DNA of 64,000 nt, from assembly GCF_000372725.1 (NCBI RefSeq), contig NW_005201493.1:218475-282474 (forward strand), given 5' to 3'. The notes under the pieces were generated by a model, which did not search any database, had not been told where the DNA came from, and worked only from the letters and a program-made list of their open reading frames with translations. The DNA is from Emiliania huxleyi CCMP1516. Its lineage: Eukaryota. The position numbers were made by a program, and so were the translations under genes. Shown here one piece after another: positions 1-12,322 of the stretch (its first letter is position 1; every line of letters begins with the position of its first letter).

Positions 1-460
1 GCCTCCGCCGCGACCGCGGCCGTCTGCTCTGCCGCAGACAGGTCCATCTGCGAGAATTCGCCGAACGGCGGCTGCGAGGCCGGCTCGGAGAACTGGGAGG
101 AGGCCTGCTCCTCAGGCTCGTTTGCGGGGGCGGGCTCTTGCACGCCGAATCCAAAGTCCATGTCCATGAGCTCGCGTGTGGAGAGTGGGGACGCCTTGAG
201 CTCACTTCGCTACCCGCCGGTACTGGCCAGTGGACGCTCGGGGGCAACAAAAAGAATTTCACATCTGCGAGAGCCAACAAAAAGAATTTAAACAAAACAA
301 CTCACTCTCACAGCAGACAGGCTCGACACAGGTGCGAACTGGCGCGTGCTAGTACTATCACCGGCACACCACCGGAGCCGCCTAAGCGACTCCGTTAAGA
401 ACGGCAATAAGAATTTTACAACAAAACTCCCTCGCACAAGAGAGAGAGAGAGAGAGAGAG

Positions 461-582
461 AGATAAAACTTCTGATGCCATGCGTGACCTAGTAGTGTCC
501 CCAGCTATGGGCGTGTCCACGTTGGAGCCAGGTGTGGTGTGGACGCGAGAATAGCTCCGCCGTTCATGGAGGCAACCGATGC
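461..582. repeat. Interspersed repeat family A (second copy ~3140-3263)
   Basis: Near-identical GATAAAACTTCTG...GGAGGCAACCGATGCG at both sites. Confidence 0.85.
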
Positions 583-739
583 GAGTCGACTGGTGTGTGT
601 CGTCGTGGTTTCGTATCAAGAATTCTCTCTCTCTCCTCGCACAACACTGGGCACGGGACTGGCGCGCACTGGCACTAACACAAAAAGAATTTTAAAGCGG
701 CGAATGTGGCCCTGAGTTATGTGTACGCCAACTCAGGGT

Positions 740-1612
740 CTGAGGGAGGGTGTAGAGGATGTAGAGTGTAGAGCGCTGTAGAGCTGTAGAGATGTAGAGC
801 GCTCTGGAGCGCTGTAGAGCTGTAGAGCTCTACATCCGCCACGTGACGAGGCGGGTGCGTTGTAGAGCGATGTAGAGCGCGATTTTGCTGTAGAGTTTGT
901 TGTAGAGGCTCTACAGCCAAACCGCCGGGAAGGCAGTGACTCAAAGAGGTCGAGTCGCACTAATGGGGTGTCTCCGAGCTTACTGGAGCTCTGATGGACG
1001 GCCCTGACTATCACTGACACACAGAGACGGTCACTCTGACGGCACACAACACCCTAGAACTGCGTCATGACCAGCCTGCCATGCGTCGCCGGTGCCGCAT
1101 TCGTCGCTGTGCTTCTTTAGCAGGCGGTGGACTGTCGGCTGCGAGGACGGTCGCATTTGCGCGAGGCGAGGCGAGCATTCAGACGCGTTGCATGCGCCAT
1201 GACTCGCGCCAGCGCGTGCGGGAGCTCCTGGCTGAGCGTTGAGTCCAGGCGAGTTGCGCTGGCCACGATCGCTACGCCAAGCCAAGCTGACGCGCCGAGG
1301 CGCCGGCCAGTCGCAGCCGTGAGGCATGCCACAGCAGCAGAGGCACCTCCCACCCATTGGGCGGGCAGACAGAAGGCCAGGGCAGCACTGGTAAGTGCAA
1401 CGCGCCTCATGTCGGAGAGCGACCGTGCCTCGTTCGCCGCTTATGATGTAGAGTTTGTTGTAGAGATTTCACGTTGTAGAGCGCCTCTACATCGCTCTAC
1501 AACGCACCCGCCTCGTCACGCGGTGGATGTAGAGCTCTACAGCTCTACAGCACTCTCCAGCTCTACAGCTCTACAGCGCTCTACACTCTACATCCTCTAC
1601 ACCCTCCCTCAG
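740..1612. mobile_element. Non-autonomous DNA transposon (MITE/foldback) with long TGTAGAG-rich terminal inverted repeats and 8-bp TSD
   Basis: Starts CTGAGGGAGGGTGTAGAGG (740) and ends CCTCTACACCCTCCCTCAG (1612). Identical CTCAGGGT flanks at 732-739 and 1613-1620. No transposase ORF. Confidence 0.85.
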
Positions 1613-1620
1613 CTCAGGGT

Positions 1621-1720
1621 GTGTGGCAGCCAGCTGGCTGTGTGTCTTGTGAGCCTGTTTGTGTCTGTGTGTCGCTCGTGCGTGTCGTCATCATCTGTCC
1701 CGCGTCCACCCATACCGCGC
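1621..1720 (+). repeat. Interspersed repeat family B (also ~3367-3497 reverse, ~25600-25738, ~39895-40005 reverse)
   Basis: Shared GTGTGGCAGC...GTGTCGTCATCATCTGTC...CCACCCATACCGCG. Confidence 0.85.
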
Positions 1721-1739
1721 TCGGGGCTACAAAAAGAAT

Positions 1740-2157
1740 TTTACCAACATCACTCGCACGACACTGGGCACGGGACTGGCGCGCACTGGCACTAACACAG
1801 GCACACCACGGGAGCCGCCTAAGCCGACTCCTGCGAGGGCGGCGAGGCACTTAGCTCCGTGCACCCGCCCGCCCCCGCCACAGGCAAGCTCATTCACAAC
1901 CTGCTCTGCGATTGCCGTGTGAAGAACGACCGAGATACGCTGCTTCTGCAGCCCCAGCCAATTCTTAGTGGTCCAAGTCACCTCATCGAGGTACTGGGCC
2001 AAAGTCAGCTTGTTCTGTAGCACGTCCGCCGCTTTCCGGAGCGCGGAGGGCGGAGGATCTCACGGACCCCCCTCCCGAACCCGCCGAACGACTCGAACAG
2101 CAGCAGCTGCACGTCAACGTCCTTGTCTTCCCTGGCGTAGCGATAGATAGTCCCCGC
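1740..2157 (-). mobile_element. 5'-truncated 3' fragment of CRE-like non-LTR retrotransposon
   Basis: Matches 45800-46200: LQNKLT..QYLDEVTWTTK.WLGLQKQRISVVLHTAIAEQV plus the same 3' UTR. Confidence 0.85.
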
Positions 2158-2560
2158 TTGAGCACTTGAGCACTGGATAGGGTCGATTCCGCATGGTACG
2201 GGACCCCTCGATCGTCTCGCCCTCCCTCACTGGTGTGCTCATGGGGGGGGGGTCATAACAAACACGGTGCAGGATCGAGGTGCACGCTGCCAGAGCAGCG
2301 TCGTCCCCCCTCTCCCCGACGGTGATGGCGGTGTGACCGATCGAGCTACAAGAGGAGCTTGTTCAGCAGGATCCGGGAGGGTCAGGCGCACTACCTCACT
2401 GGGCCTGAGACCGCCGAGCGTAGAGGGCCTCGTGTAGCCCTCCTTTTGGTGTATATGGGTACGACCGGACAGGTCAGGCCCGGGCACGGTCCTGTCCTGG
2501 ACACGTCTCGGGGAGGGGGGTGTCCGGGACGCGTCCGGACGCATCCAGTGTCGTGACCCC
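2158..2560 (-). mobile_element. Repeat family C, possible tyrosine-recombinase retroelement remnant (copies 25744-25807, 63639-64000, tip at ~55305)
   Basis: Shared ~80 bp end TTGAGCACTTGAGCACTGGATAGGG...CACTGGTGTG. Minus-strand GGLRPSEVVRLT resembles the G-x-R-x-x-E-x-x-x-L recombinase motif. Confidence 0.55.
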
Positions 2561-3861
2561 GTGTAACCCTATTCCGAGCCCCCATCCTGATAGCTCCGAC
2601 ACTGTAACCCTAAACTTATCTCGCTTATTCACAGATGAGAAAGGGACGTACGTATGTTCTGATGACAGCCATAACCCTGATGCTGACTGTGTATGATAGA
2701 CAAATGAAGGGCGGGATGCCAAAGGATCTCTTCTTTCGAGTATTACACGCACTCGAGACTTGGACAGAGGACATGATCTATAGCTTTGTGAATTGGGACG
2801 ACTACTAGGCGGGGGGTGTCCGGGACGCGTCCGGACGCGTCCAGTGTGTACTCACCAGAGGGGCCACGTGGCTGGTGCCGAGCTAAGAACTCGCGGGGTA
2901 ACGCGGTCCTGCTTGACATGCTTGCGGCCGCGGGTGCGGTCTGCCACGGGCTCGTCGACATTGAGCTCGAGGTGGTCCACGCGAGCCGCGAGGTCCTTGA
3001 TGCGCTTGTCGAGCTTCGCGTAGTCTTGCTCAGCGCGGGCCTCGAGGGCTTATGCTCTGGCGAGACGTGAGGCGCATGCGCCCAGGAGGGGAGGGGGCAT
3101 GTGTAACGACACTGCTAGAGATGCCTTTCGGGGCCCAGAGATAAAACTTCTGTGATGCCATGCGTGACCTAGTAGTGTCCCCAGCTATGGGCGTGTCCAC
3201 GTTGGAGCCAGGTGTGGTGTGGGCGCGAGAATAGCTCCGCCGTTCATGGAGGCAACCGATGCGCTGATAATCAGTACATGCACATGGACATGGACATGGA
3301 CATGCACATGACATGTTGTGCATGTGCATGTGCATGCACATGTGCATCTGCATGCGCATGTGTGTGGAGGAAGGTGAAGAACAGTCAGGCTCGGACTGGA
3401 CACCAACGCGGTATGGGTGGACGTGGGACAGATGATGACGACACGCTCGAGCGACACACAGACACACACAGGCTCACAACACACACAAAGCCAGCTGGGT
3501 TGCCGCAACGGCCGGCCTCGCCAGCAGCGTTTCAGGTCGCGGTGCTCGCGGTGCTCGCCGTACAAGGACAAATGCAGGTCCAGGAACAAGGTACAGGTCG
3601 GCGGGGCCGCGCCTGGTAGGCCGCAGAAAGTCGCATCTTCGTCGTGCGGACACGCGCTAAGCCGACCTCCTGGACGGGTCTCCGAGAGGGGCCGGCCGCC
3701 TGCCGCAGAGGGAAGTTTGCCGTCTCGCGCAGCGCCTCGCACGCCGCCATCCTCGGCGGGCTGCCGTCCGGGCCGCGGAGGAAGCGCATCCTCTGCGTGC
3801 CTGGCTTCTCCCATCCGAGGAGCAGATCTCGACCGAGGAGCAGATCTCGAGCCCGGCTCGG

Positions 3862-5453
3862 TCAGTCTGCCTCCCGGAAGCCGACCCACGAGATGTAGGT
3901 CGTCCAGAGGAGGAAGCAGCCTGTGTGTATGTGGGGGGGAGGGGTGGGGGGGGGAGGAGGCTAAGAAAGGCTCAGGGAAGGCTCAGGGAAGGCTCAGGAG
4001 AGAGTCTCCCCTCCCCCGCCGCCTCGGCTGCTCTCGGCCCCTCTCGGCTGCTTCTGCCGTTGGTCCAGAGCGTGTTGTACTCGAGCGGGAGAAGGCGGAA
4101 GTTGAGCGCCTGCAGTCGAGATGTCGCAGAGATGTCGCCGAGATGTCGCCGAGATGTCGCCGAGAGGTCGCCGAGAGGTAGCCGAGATGTCACCGAGATG
4201 TCGCCGAGATGTCACCGAGAGGTCGCCGATATGTCGCCGATATGTCGCCGAGATGTCACCGAGAGGTCGCCGATATGTCGCCGATATGTCGCCGATATGT
4301 CGCCGATATGTCGCCGATATGTCGCCGATATGTCGCCGATATGTCGCCGAGATGTCGCCGAGATGTCGCCGAGATGCCGCCGAGAGGTCGCCGAGATGCC
4401 GCCGAGATGTCACCGAGATGTCGCCGAGAGGTCGCCGAGAGGTCGCCGATATGTCGCCGATATGTCGCCGATATGTCGCCGATATGTCGCCGATATGTCG
4501 CCGAGATGTCGCCGAGATGCCGCCGAGCGATAGAGACCGAGAGGTCGCCGAGAGGTCGCCGAGAGGTCGCGGAGAGATTGCGGAGAGATCGAGACGTAGC
4601 GGCCGATCTCGGCGAGTCTCGCGCTGGTCTCGCGCTCATCTCGCCTGCGCCACGCCCCAAAAGTAGCAGGAGCGGCGCACTGTGGCGGGCAGGTCGCTCT
4701 TCAGCTTGCGGCCGAGCCGCCGCCGCTTCTCTCCGTCGAGCCTCAGGTACGGCTGGGGTGGGGCGGAGGAGGAGAGGCGGTGATGGAGGTGGAGAAGCGG
4801 GTGGTGGGTGGTGAGGGTGGCGGTGGAGCGGGTGGCGGTGGTGTGTGATGGCGGTGGCGATAAGGGCGGAGGCGGCGAGGGCGGAAGCGGCGAGGGAGGC
4901 GCTGGCGGGGGCGGGAGCGGTGCGGGCGGACAAGACAAGGGCGGTGAAGACCATAGGTGGCGAGGAGGGTGGTGACGAGACAAGAGGTGGCGGAGGTCAG
5001 GGCTGCTGGAGGAGGCGCCTTGTCGCGGGTGAGGACGACGAAGGCGAAGAAGCCGGCGTTCAGGCCCGGCGACATCACCGCCTGGTTGAGCGCGACCTTG
5101 CCCACGAGCTGCGCCGTCGAGCTCGCCGCGAGCGGGAAGAGGCGAGCGAGGAGCCGGAACCAAAAGAAGAGCATCAAGCCGCTCACGCTCGCGCCCCAGG
5201 CGGAGATCCACGCCGCACGAGAGACGTCCCACGAGCCGCGCCGCTCGACGGCCTGCGCCATCCCGTCGGCGAGCACCGAGAGGCTGGCGGCCGACAGCAC
5301 GTTTGTCGTGATGGGCGCCGCCGCGAGCGCGGACTGATAGGCTCCGACGAGCGGCGGCAGCGTGAGCGCTGCTCCACCGCGGAGGCGGTGTGCCGCGGCG
5401 AGGCCGTGACAGGAGGCGAGCGGGAGGAGGTGGAGGAGGAGGCCGAGCGGCAT
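3862..5453 (-). CDS. Mpv17/PMP22 family membrane protein (about 4 exons)
   Basis: P-ITTN..SA, LAD..AQ, KV.LNQ..MSP, ALNFRLLP and WTTYIS motifs. Exons join in frame through GC-AG introns; stop TGA at 3864-3862. Confidence 0.85.
4118..4580. repeat. Intronic 11-bp tandem repeat (GATGTCGCCGA / TATGTCGCCGA variants)
   Basis: Directly visible tandem array inside an Mpv17 intron. Confidence 0.95.
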
Positions 5454-5642
5454 GGGAGTTCCCTGGGGGCCTGTGGTCTCTGCCCGACGTTTTTCTTGTT
5501 TCAGCATCGCTTTCCGCTTTCCATCGAGCCATCGAGTGGGCCGCTCAGCGCCGCCGCCCGCCACGCACGACCGCTTCAGCAAGACTCCACCGCCACCTCC
5601 CCCTCCAGCCGCGCCCCCCTGCCGCCCTCTCAGGCAGCCGCC

Positions 5643-6957
5643 ATGAGCCTCGAGGCCACCATCGCGCAAAAGACGGCTGGCACAGACGCGAGCGAGGTGC
5701 TGGAGCTGGTGCTGGATGGTGTCAAAGCGAGCAAAGTGACGGGCCTGAACCAATTCACCAAGCTCAAGGTGCTGCAGCTGAATGGGTGCGGGCTCACCTC
5801 GCTCGAGGAGTTCCCCACCCTACCCAACCTGCAGCGGCTCGAGCTGGCAGACAACGCGCTCTCGGACGGGCTCGACCACCTGCAGGACGCGGCGCTCATG
5901 CATCTGAAGGTGCTCGTCCTGGCGGGAAACAAGTTTTCGTCGCTCCAGGGCCTCGAATCTCTGGCGCGTGCCCCACCCGCGCCCTTCTGCGGCCCTGCCT
6001 CTTGCGGCGTCTGCGCGCGGCGCCGAGTCGCTCCTGCGCGGGTGTGCCGTGGCCACGGCTGCGTCAGGAGGCCGGGGCGCGGCGCCGCGGATGGCCCGCC
6101 CAACGGGAGGCCGGCCGCGCGCTCCCGATGCGGGCGGTGGAGCCGGCCGCTTCCGGGCGGCCTTCTGCAGACATGTCGCAGCCCTCGCGGCGGCGGCGCG
6201 GCGTTGGCGCGGAGCGATGCCTCGCGGATGCTGATGCCTCTCGGCGCCACTCCCTGCCCGTCGCAGGCGTCGCTCCCCAGCCTGCGCGAGCTCGACATGG
6301 AGGGCTGCGCCGTCGCGGAGGAGGACGCCTACCGCGAGACAGTCTTTGAGATGCTGCCGCAGATCAAGTACCTGGACGGCGTCGACGGGGACGGCGAGGA
6401 GAAGGACGAGGAGGAGGAGGACGAGGAGGAGGAGGACGACGACGACGACGAGGAGGCGGACGAGGACGTCGACTCGCTGCTCGATGAGGAGGGCTCCGAG
6501 CTCGGCGGCGACTCTGAGCTCGGCGAGGAGGCGCAACACATATCTCCCCACACCTCCTCACATCTCCTCACATCTCCTCACATCTCCCCGTCTCTCCGGA
6601 GGAGCTGTGCTCACAAGCCGAACTCGCACCCACACATCTCACTCCGCGCACGCTCACCCTCCCCTGCTCTGGCCACATTCGGCCCCCCTCCCCCCTACAC
6701 CCATATCGACCATCGGCGGCCGCTCCGGCGCGCACCGGCGCGAGCCGCGTCTCCCCACAGCGTGCGGTGTGTGTGAGCAGGGGGCGGACGAGAGCGACCT
6801 GGGCGAGGGCGAGTCGGAGCTGGGCGAGGAGGAGGGCGAGGAGGGCGAGTCGGAGCTCGGAGACGAGGAGGGCGAGGAGGGCGTGTCAGAGGCGGACGGC
6901 GAGGAGGACGGCGGTTCCGACGCGGGCGAGGGCTCCGCCAAGCGCCAGAGGAGATAG
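5643..6957 (+). CDS. ANP32-like acidic leucine-rich nuclear phosphoprotein (3 exons)
   Basis: LRRs (LTSLEEFPTLPNLQRLELADN), LRR cap YRETVFEMLPQIKYLDG, long D/E tail and terminal NLS-like KRQRR. Confidence 0.92.
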
Positions 6958-7201
6958 CGACTTTTCCGGCGGCGTCGCGGCGCGCGCGCGCCGAGTCCGA
7001 CTCGGCGCCTGGCGCCGCGCCTTTTAGGCTCAGAAGCGGGCACGCGGGTCCGGGCGGAGGCCTCTCTGTATTTGCATCAGGCGTTGGCCGCGGTGAGGCT
7101 CTTGCCCTAGCTTGGCGTAGGATGGTGCCGGCGCCTGCCTAGCGAGCCTGCCGCACACACCGTAACACGTCGGCCCGCTGCCACCGTGCGTGTGAGTACA
7201 C

Positions 7202-7928
7202 ATGTACGTACACATGGGCGGCGGACAACCGTCAATCCCCAGACACAAAAAAGTAAAAGAGATTTTCCGAGAGGGCATCAAAGATCAATCTTGGTGCGTG
7301 TACCTGCTGGGGGATTGTCCGACTGAGCTGCGGCCGCTCCGGCGCCTTACGCAAAAATCAAAAAGAAGAAAAACGAATTTTACCGCCACCGCCGCAGCAG
7401 CCGACCAATTGGGCCCGCCGCCGCCCCCCGGGCCGCAGGGCGCAGCACCGATCAACGGGCCCGCCAACGGGCTCGCCACGGCCGCAGCACCGGTCAATGG
7501 GCCCGCCACCGCCGCAGCACCAGTCAATGGGCCCGCCACGGCCGCAGCACCGGCCAATGGGCCCGCCACGGCCGCAGCACCGGTCAATGGGCCCGCCGCC
7601 GCCGCAGCACCGATCGATGGGCCCGCCACCGCCGCCGCCGCAAAAGAATCGCCCCGGCTGGAACCGTTACGTGCGCCCATCGCTGGCATCCCACGAACCC
7701 GTGCCTCCGCCTGCTGCCGCTCCGCAAGCGGACGACGTGGGAGCCCACGTCATCTTCTGCGTGGACAACTCGGGGAGCATGCGCACGGAGGACGCGTCGG
7801 CGGAGGACGGCGCCAACCTCACCAGAGCCGAGGCGGTGGCTCGGTGCTGCCGTCAGCTCGTCGCCACCCAGCAGCAGCAGGGGCAGGGCATCAACCCCGC
7901 CGGCAGCGCGAGCTGCCGGCCACATTGA
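7202..7928 (+). pseudogene. vWA-domain gene fragment with 30-bp Ala/Pro repeats, apparently cut off by a repeat
   Basis: HVIFCVDNSGSM is a MIDAS DxSxS motif. Repeat-like sequence follows at ~7930-8280. Confidence 0.45.
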
Positions 7929-8384
7929 GCGGTTCGTCCGCGTCGCGCACTCGTCCCAACCGGGGGCCGCAGACTCGTTCTGCGCGCCAACGGCTGGTGA
8001 CGCTGTGTTGCCCTTGAGCTAGTCCTTCCCCGGTCGCCTAGCCTCTGCGCTGTCTGGCGAACGCCTGTATGCCACGCGCGCGGACCACGCTTGCGTGGAT
8101 ACGTGGCTGGCAGGCTGACCCGTGTGCGGGGTAACCCGCGCACGGGGAAGCTTCACGGGTTCGAGTCGCCAAACATTAAGCAGCGGAGGTGTGCCGAGGG
8201 GGACCGGGAGGCGGTAAGCCGTTGGCGCTAAGAGGTTCCTCCTTTCCGCGCCCCCCCCGCAAGGCGCGCGATACACATCGTATCAAGAATACTCACTCAC
8301 TCACACATTGCGCGTTGTTCGAGGCGAGAGGCAAAATACAAAGAAAGAAAGAACCCAACCGAGACCCCCCAAGGGAGGGATTGG

Positions 8385-8520
8385 GAAAGAAAGAAAGAAA
8401 GAAAACAGACAACCCAAGGGAGGGATGGGAGGACGGCACGCCGCCACCACACAGGGATTTTAAGGAGAGGTGTGTGGTGCGCTATCCGTCGCCCACCCTA
8501 GGGAGTCTGCCTCTTCCTAT
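8385..8520. repeat. Interspersed repeat family D (copy ~44765-44895)
   Basis: Shared GAAAACAGACAACCCAAGGGAGGGATGGG...GAGTCTGCCTCTTCCTAT. Confidence 0.85.
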
Positions 8521-8674
8521 TGGGAAGACGGCACGCCGCCACCACACGGGGATTTTAAATATCAAACCGCACTTTTTCAAAATCTGAGCAGTGCAATCAG
8601 CTGTTCATCGGCGCGAGGAGGCACCGCCGCCCAACCGCTGCACCGTCTCGTCCACGTCTCGTCCGTCGACGGCC

Positions 8675-11600
8675 ATGCTGCAAGTCGCTGTCCTCCTCAC
8701 TGCCCTGAGCCGGCCTGCGCTCGTCGCGCCGAGGCCGCCCGCGCCGCTGCGGTCCCGCACACCCGTCGCCACGGCGGCGCCGGCTTCGCTGCTCGGCAAG
8801 GCGGCGCGGATGGTGCGCGGCGACCCGACCATCCAGTACGAGACCATCACGTGCTCGGACATCGACGAGGAGGAGTGCCTCGCGCTGTGCGACGAGGAGA
8901 CGGGCTGTTCCATCGTCGCGCCCAGCGCCGCGCTCCGCACGCTCAAGATCGGCGTCTACTTTGCGCTCTGGTTCGCGCTCTCGACGGGCTACAACATCGC
9001 GAACAAGGTGCGGCTCAACGCGATCGCGCTGCCGTGGTGCCACTCAGCCGCCTCGCTCGGCGTCGGCTCAGCCTTCGTCTCCTTCCTCTGGGCTACCGGC
9101 TTGCGCAAGCGGCCGTCGCTGCCGCGCGCCGCAGTGGCGACGCTGCTCCCAATCTCCTTTCTGCACGCGCTCGGCCACATCGGCGCCGTGGTGTCGGCGG
9201 GCGCGGGCGCCGTCTCCTTCACGCAGATCGTCAAGGCCGCCGACTTCGCCTGCACCGCCGTGTGTAGTTCGCAGTCGTTCTGAACCCATCCATCCATCAG
9301 TCCATTCGTGGTAGGCTGCCGAGCCAGTCTGCACGGCCCTCCTCTCGTGGGGCAGCTCGCGGGTAGATGCCCCACACGCCTCTGCCGCTGGTCCGGCGAG
9401 CACGCACTCTGCGCCACTCTGCGCCACTCTGCGCCGACGACGTTGCGCAATTTCCCTGAGACTTCTCGGAAACCTTCTCGGAACCTGCCTGCAGGCATCC
9501 TCGGCGCCACAATCTCCGCGCCGGCGCGCCCTCGCCCTCGCGCCGATCTGCTATAGTATACTGAGCATTCTGACCGCGGCTCTACTACACACCATAGGCC
9601 GCCCTCGCCCTAGTGCCGATCTGCTATAGTATACTCAGCATTCCATTGCGAGTCCACTGTCTCATAGGCCGCTCTCGCCCTCGTGCCGATCGTCGCGGGC
9701 GTGGCGCTCGCTTCGGTGAGCGAGCTCTCTTTCACGTGGCTCTCCTTCTCGGGCGCGAGATCTAGCCGAGATCTAGCCGAGGTCTAGCCGAGGTCTAGCC
9801 GAGAGCCAGCCGAGAGCCAGCCGAGATCTAGCTGAGATCCAGCCGAGATCTAGCCGAGATCCAGCCGAGAGCCAGCCGAGAGCCAGCCGAGATCTAGCTG
9901 AGATCCAGCCGAGATCTAGCCGAGATCCAACCGAGAGCCAGCCGAGAGCCAGCCGAGATCCAGCCGAGATCCAGCCGAGATCGAGCCGCGAGTACAGTAG
10001 CTCCGTCTCTTTGAGCGGCGCGACGCCCTCCAATCACCAGCTCCATCTCATGTAGTGTCTCCCGTAGTCGCGCGACGCTCTCCTGCGGTGCACCCATCAT
10101 GTAGCGTCTCCCGTCACCGCCGAGATCCAGCCGAGACCTAGCCAGCCGAGAGCTTGGCTGAGAGCCATCCGCGGCTTGCTTCCACCTCCGCGAGTAGCGG
10201 CGCGACGCGCTCCAATCCCCGCCGTTCGGATGGGGCTGCACAGAGGCGGTCCTCCCAAACCAAACCCAACCCAACGCTCTCATGGCATGTAGTGTCTCCC
10301 GTCACCGCCGCTCGGATGGGGCTGCACAGAGGCGGTCCTCCCAAACCAAACCCAACCCAACGCTCTCATGGCATGTAGTGTCTCCCGTCACCGCCGCTCG
10401 GATGGGGCTGCACAGAGGCGGTCCTCCCAAACCAAACCCAACCCAACGCTCTCATGGCATGTAGTGTCTCCCGTCACCGCCGCTCGGATGGGGCTGCACA
10501 GAGGCGGTCCTCCCCAAACCCAACCTCGTCCGCAGGCGCGATGCTCTCCAACCTCGCCTTCGCCACTCGCAACATCCTCTCTCGCGCGTCGATGGACCGG
10601 CCAAAGGGGAAGAACATGACGCCCGAGAACCTCTTCGGCGCGCCCCCGCGGACACACTAGTCTCAGCACGGGGCCAGGGGGCCCTCACTAGCTGCACTCG
10701 GGCTCACTCCCACTGCGCCTTCGGTGGGGGTGGACTGGCGCGTAAACGGAGAGTCGCGGAGTCGCGCGCCTCCCACCAAGGAAGGGCTACGCAGTACCCC
10801 TCACCGGTGCACGGGGCCAGGCCAAGCCCCTCCGGCCCCTCCGGCCCCTCCGGCCACTCCATCAGGTAACGCCAGCTGCGACGCGACGTGGCACCCGCCC
10901 TCCAACAAGAAGAGCAGTGCAAACGGGCCACCGCCAGGATGCTGGGTCATCGGCCCTCCGTGGTGGGGCGCTCGGCCACAGTGCCTGCTCGGCCCGCTGC
11001 TGGAGCTGTTTGGGGGGCAGGAGACGCTCCCGTTGCCAAACNNNNNNNNNNNNNNNNNNNNNNNNNNNNNNNNNNNNNNNNNNNNNNNNNNNNNNNNNNN
11101 NNNNNNNNNNNNNNNNNNNNNNNNNNNNNNNNNNNNNNNNNNNNNNNNNNNNNNNNNNNNNNNNNNNNNNNNNNNNNNNNNNNNNNNNNNNNNNNNNNNN
11201 NNNNNNNNNNNNNNNNNNNNNNNNNNNNNNNNNNNNNNNNNNNNNNNNNNNNNNNNNNNNNNNNNNNNNNNNNNNNNNNNNNNNNNNNNNNNNNNNNNNN
11301 NNNNNNNNNNNNNNNNNNNNNNNNNNNNNNNNNNNNNNNNNNNNNNNNNNNNNNNNNNNNNNNNNNNNNNNNNNNNNNNNNNNNNNNNNNNNNNNNNNNN
11401 NNNNNNNNNNNNNNNNNNNNNNNNNNNNNNNNNNNNNNNNNNNNNNNNNNNNNNNNNNNNNNNNNNNNNNNNNNNNNNNNNNNNNNNNNNNNNNNNNNNN
11501 NNNNNCTCTCGGCTGCCTCTCTCGGCTCCCTCTCGGCTCCTCTCGGCTCCCTCTTGGCTGTCTCTCGGCTCCCTCTCGGCTCCCTCTCGGCTCCCTCTTG

Positions 11601-12322
11601 GCTGTCTCTCGGCTCCCTCTCGGCTCCCTCTCTCGGCTTCCTCTCGGCTTCCTCTCGGCTCGCCTAGGCCCACCACGGCTACCTCTCGGCTCAGCCCTCC
11701 GACCTCTCCGGACGCAGGTTGCGATGCTCGCGCTGAACAACGTCAACCCGGTGACACACGCGGTCGCAAACACGCTCAAGCGCGCCGCCACCCTGCCCGC
11801 CGGTGTCGCCCCCTGCACACACACCTGTTTTCGAGGTCCAGCTCCGTGTTGCAGCCGCGTCCCTTCTCCCCGCCCGCGCGGCGTGCGGCCTTTGCGCGTT
11901 CTTCGCTGGTGGAGAGCGCGGCGTGTTTTCTTTTCCCCGCAGGCGTGTCGTGATCCTGCTCGCGTGCGTCGTCTTCTTCAAGACGCCGATGACGCCGCTC
12001 TGCATCGCCGGCTCGACGGTGCGAGATATGGGGAGATATGGGGAGATATGGGGAGATGTGGCTCGTCGGCGCGAGATTCGCCGAGAGCCGCCGAGAGTCG
12101 CGGAGAGTAGCCGCGAGCAGCCGAGAGCAGCGAGAGCAGCCGCGCCGCCGCGCGGACGCCGCTCTGGGGGGGGGGGGGGTTGGCGCTGCGTTAGGACGGC
12201 GTCTCTTCACAGCAGGCTCGGTGTCGGACTAGGTGGCGATCGTCGGCTCCTACCTCTACTCGATGGCCAAGGGGCGCGAGAAGGCGCTGGCCAAGGCCGC
12301 CGCCAAGAAGGGGGCGGCATGA
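8675..12322 (+). CDS. Triose-phosphate/phosphate translocator family (plastid) transporter, multi-exon, spans a gap
   Basis: YF.LW..LS.GYNI.NK, HALGH, GAVSFTQIVKA, AMLSNLAFATRN, PVTHAVANTLKR, VAIVGSYLYS. N-terminal signal/transit-like peptide. Confidence 0.9.
9757..9985. repeat. Intronic 10-bp tandem repeat (AGCCGAGATC variants)
   Basis: Directly visible. Confidence 0.95.
10205..10525. repeat. Intronic 86-bp tandem repeat, about 3.5 copies
   Basis: Units offset by 86 bp (10282, 10368, 10454). Confidence 0.95.
11042..11505. other. Assembly gap (others at 24504-24603, 38571-38918, 43842-43941)
   Basis: Runs of N. Confidence 1.

Noticed and set aside
3925..4814. Long ORFs of MSPICRRYVAD repeats
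   Set aside because: Translation artefacts of an 11-bp intronic satellite.
3862..6957. Prevalence of GC-AG introns and 10-11 bp intronic repeats as a novelty
   Set aside because: To my recollection these are already described traits of the inferred organism; used only as taxonomic evidence.
8140..8175. GGTTCGAGTC tRNA B-box-like motif
   Set aside because: No convincing cloverleaf or A box could be built.
10205..10525. CRISPR-like appearance of regular repeats (also 48061-48626 and 28822-28958)
   Set aside because: Units are identical with no unique spacers, there are no cas genes, and the context is eukaryotic introns.
10724..12110. ORFs containing runs of X
   Set aside because: They span assembly gaps.
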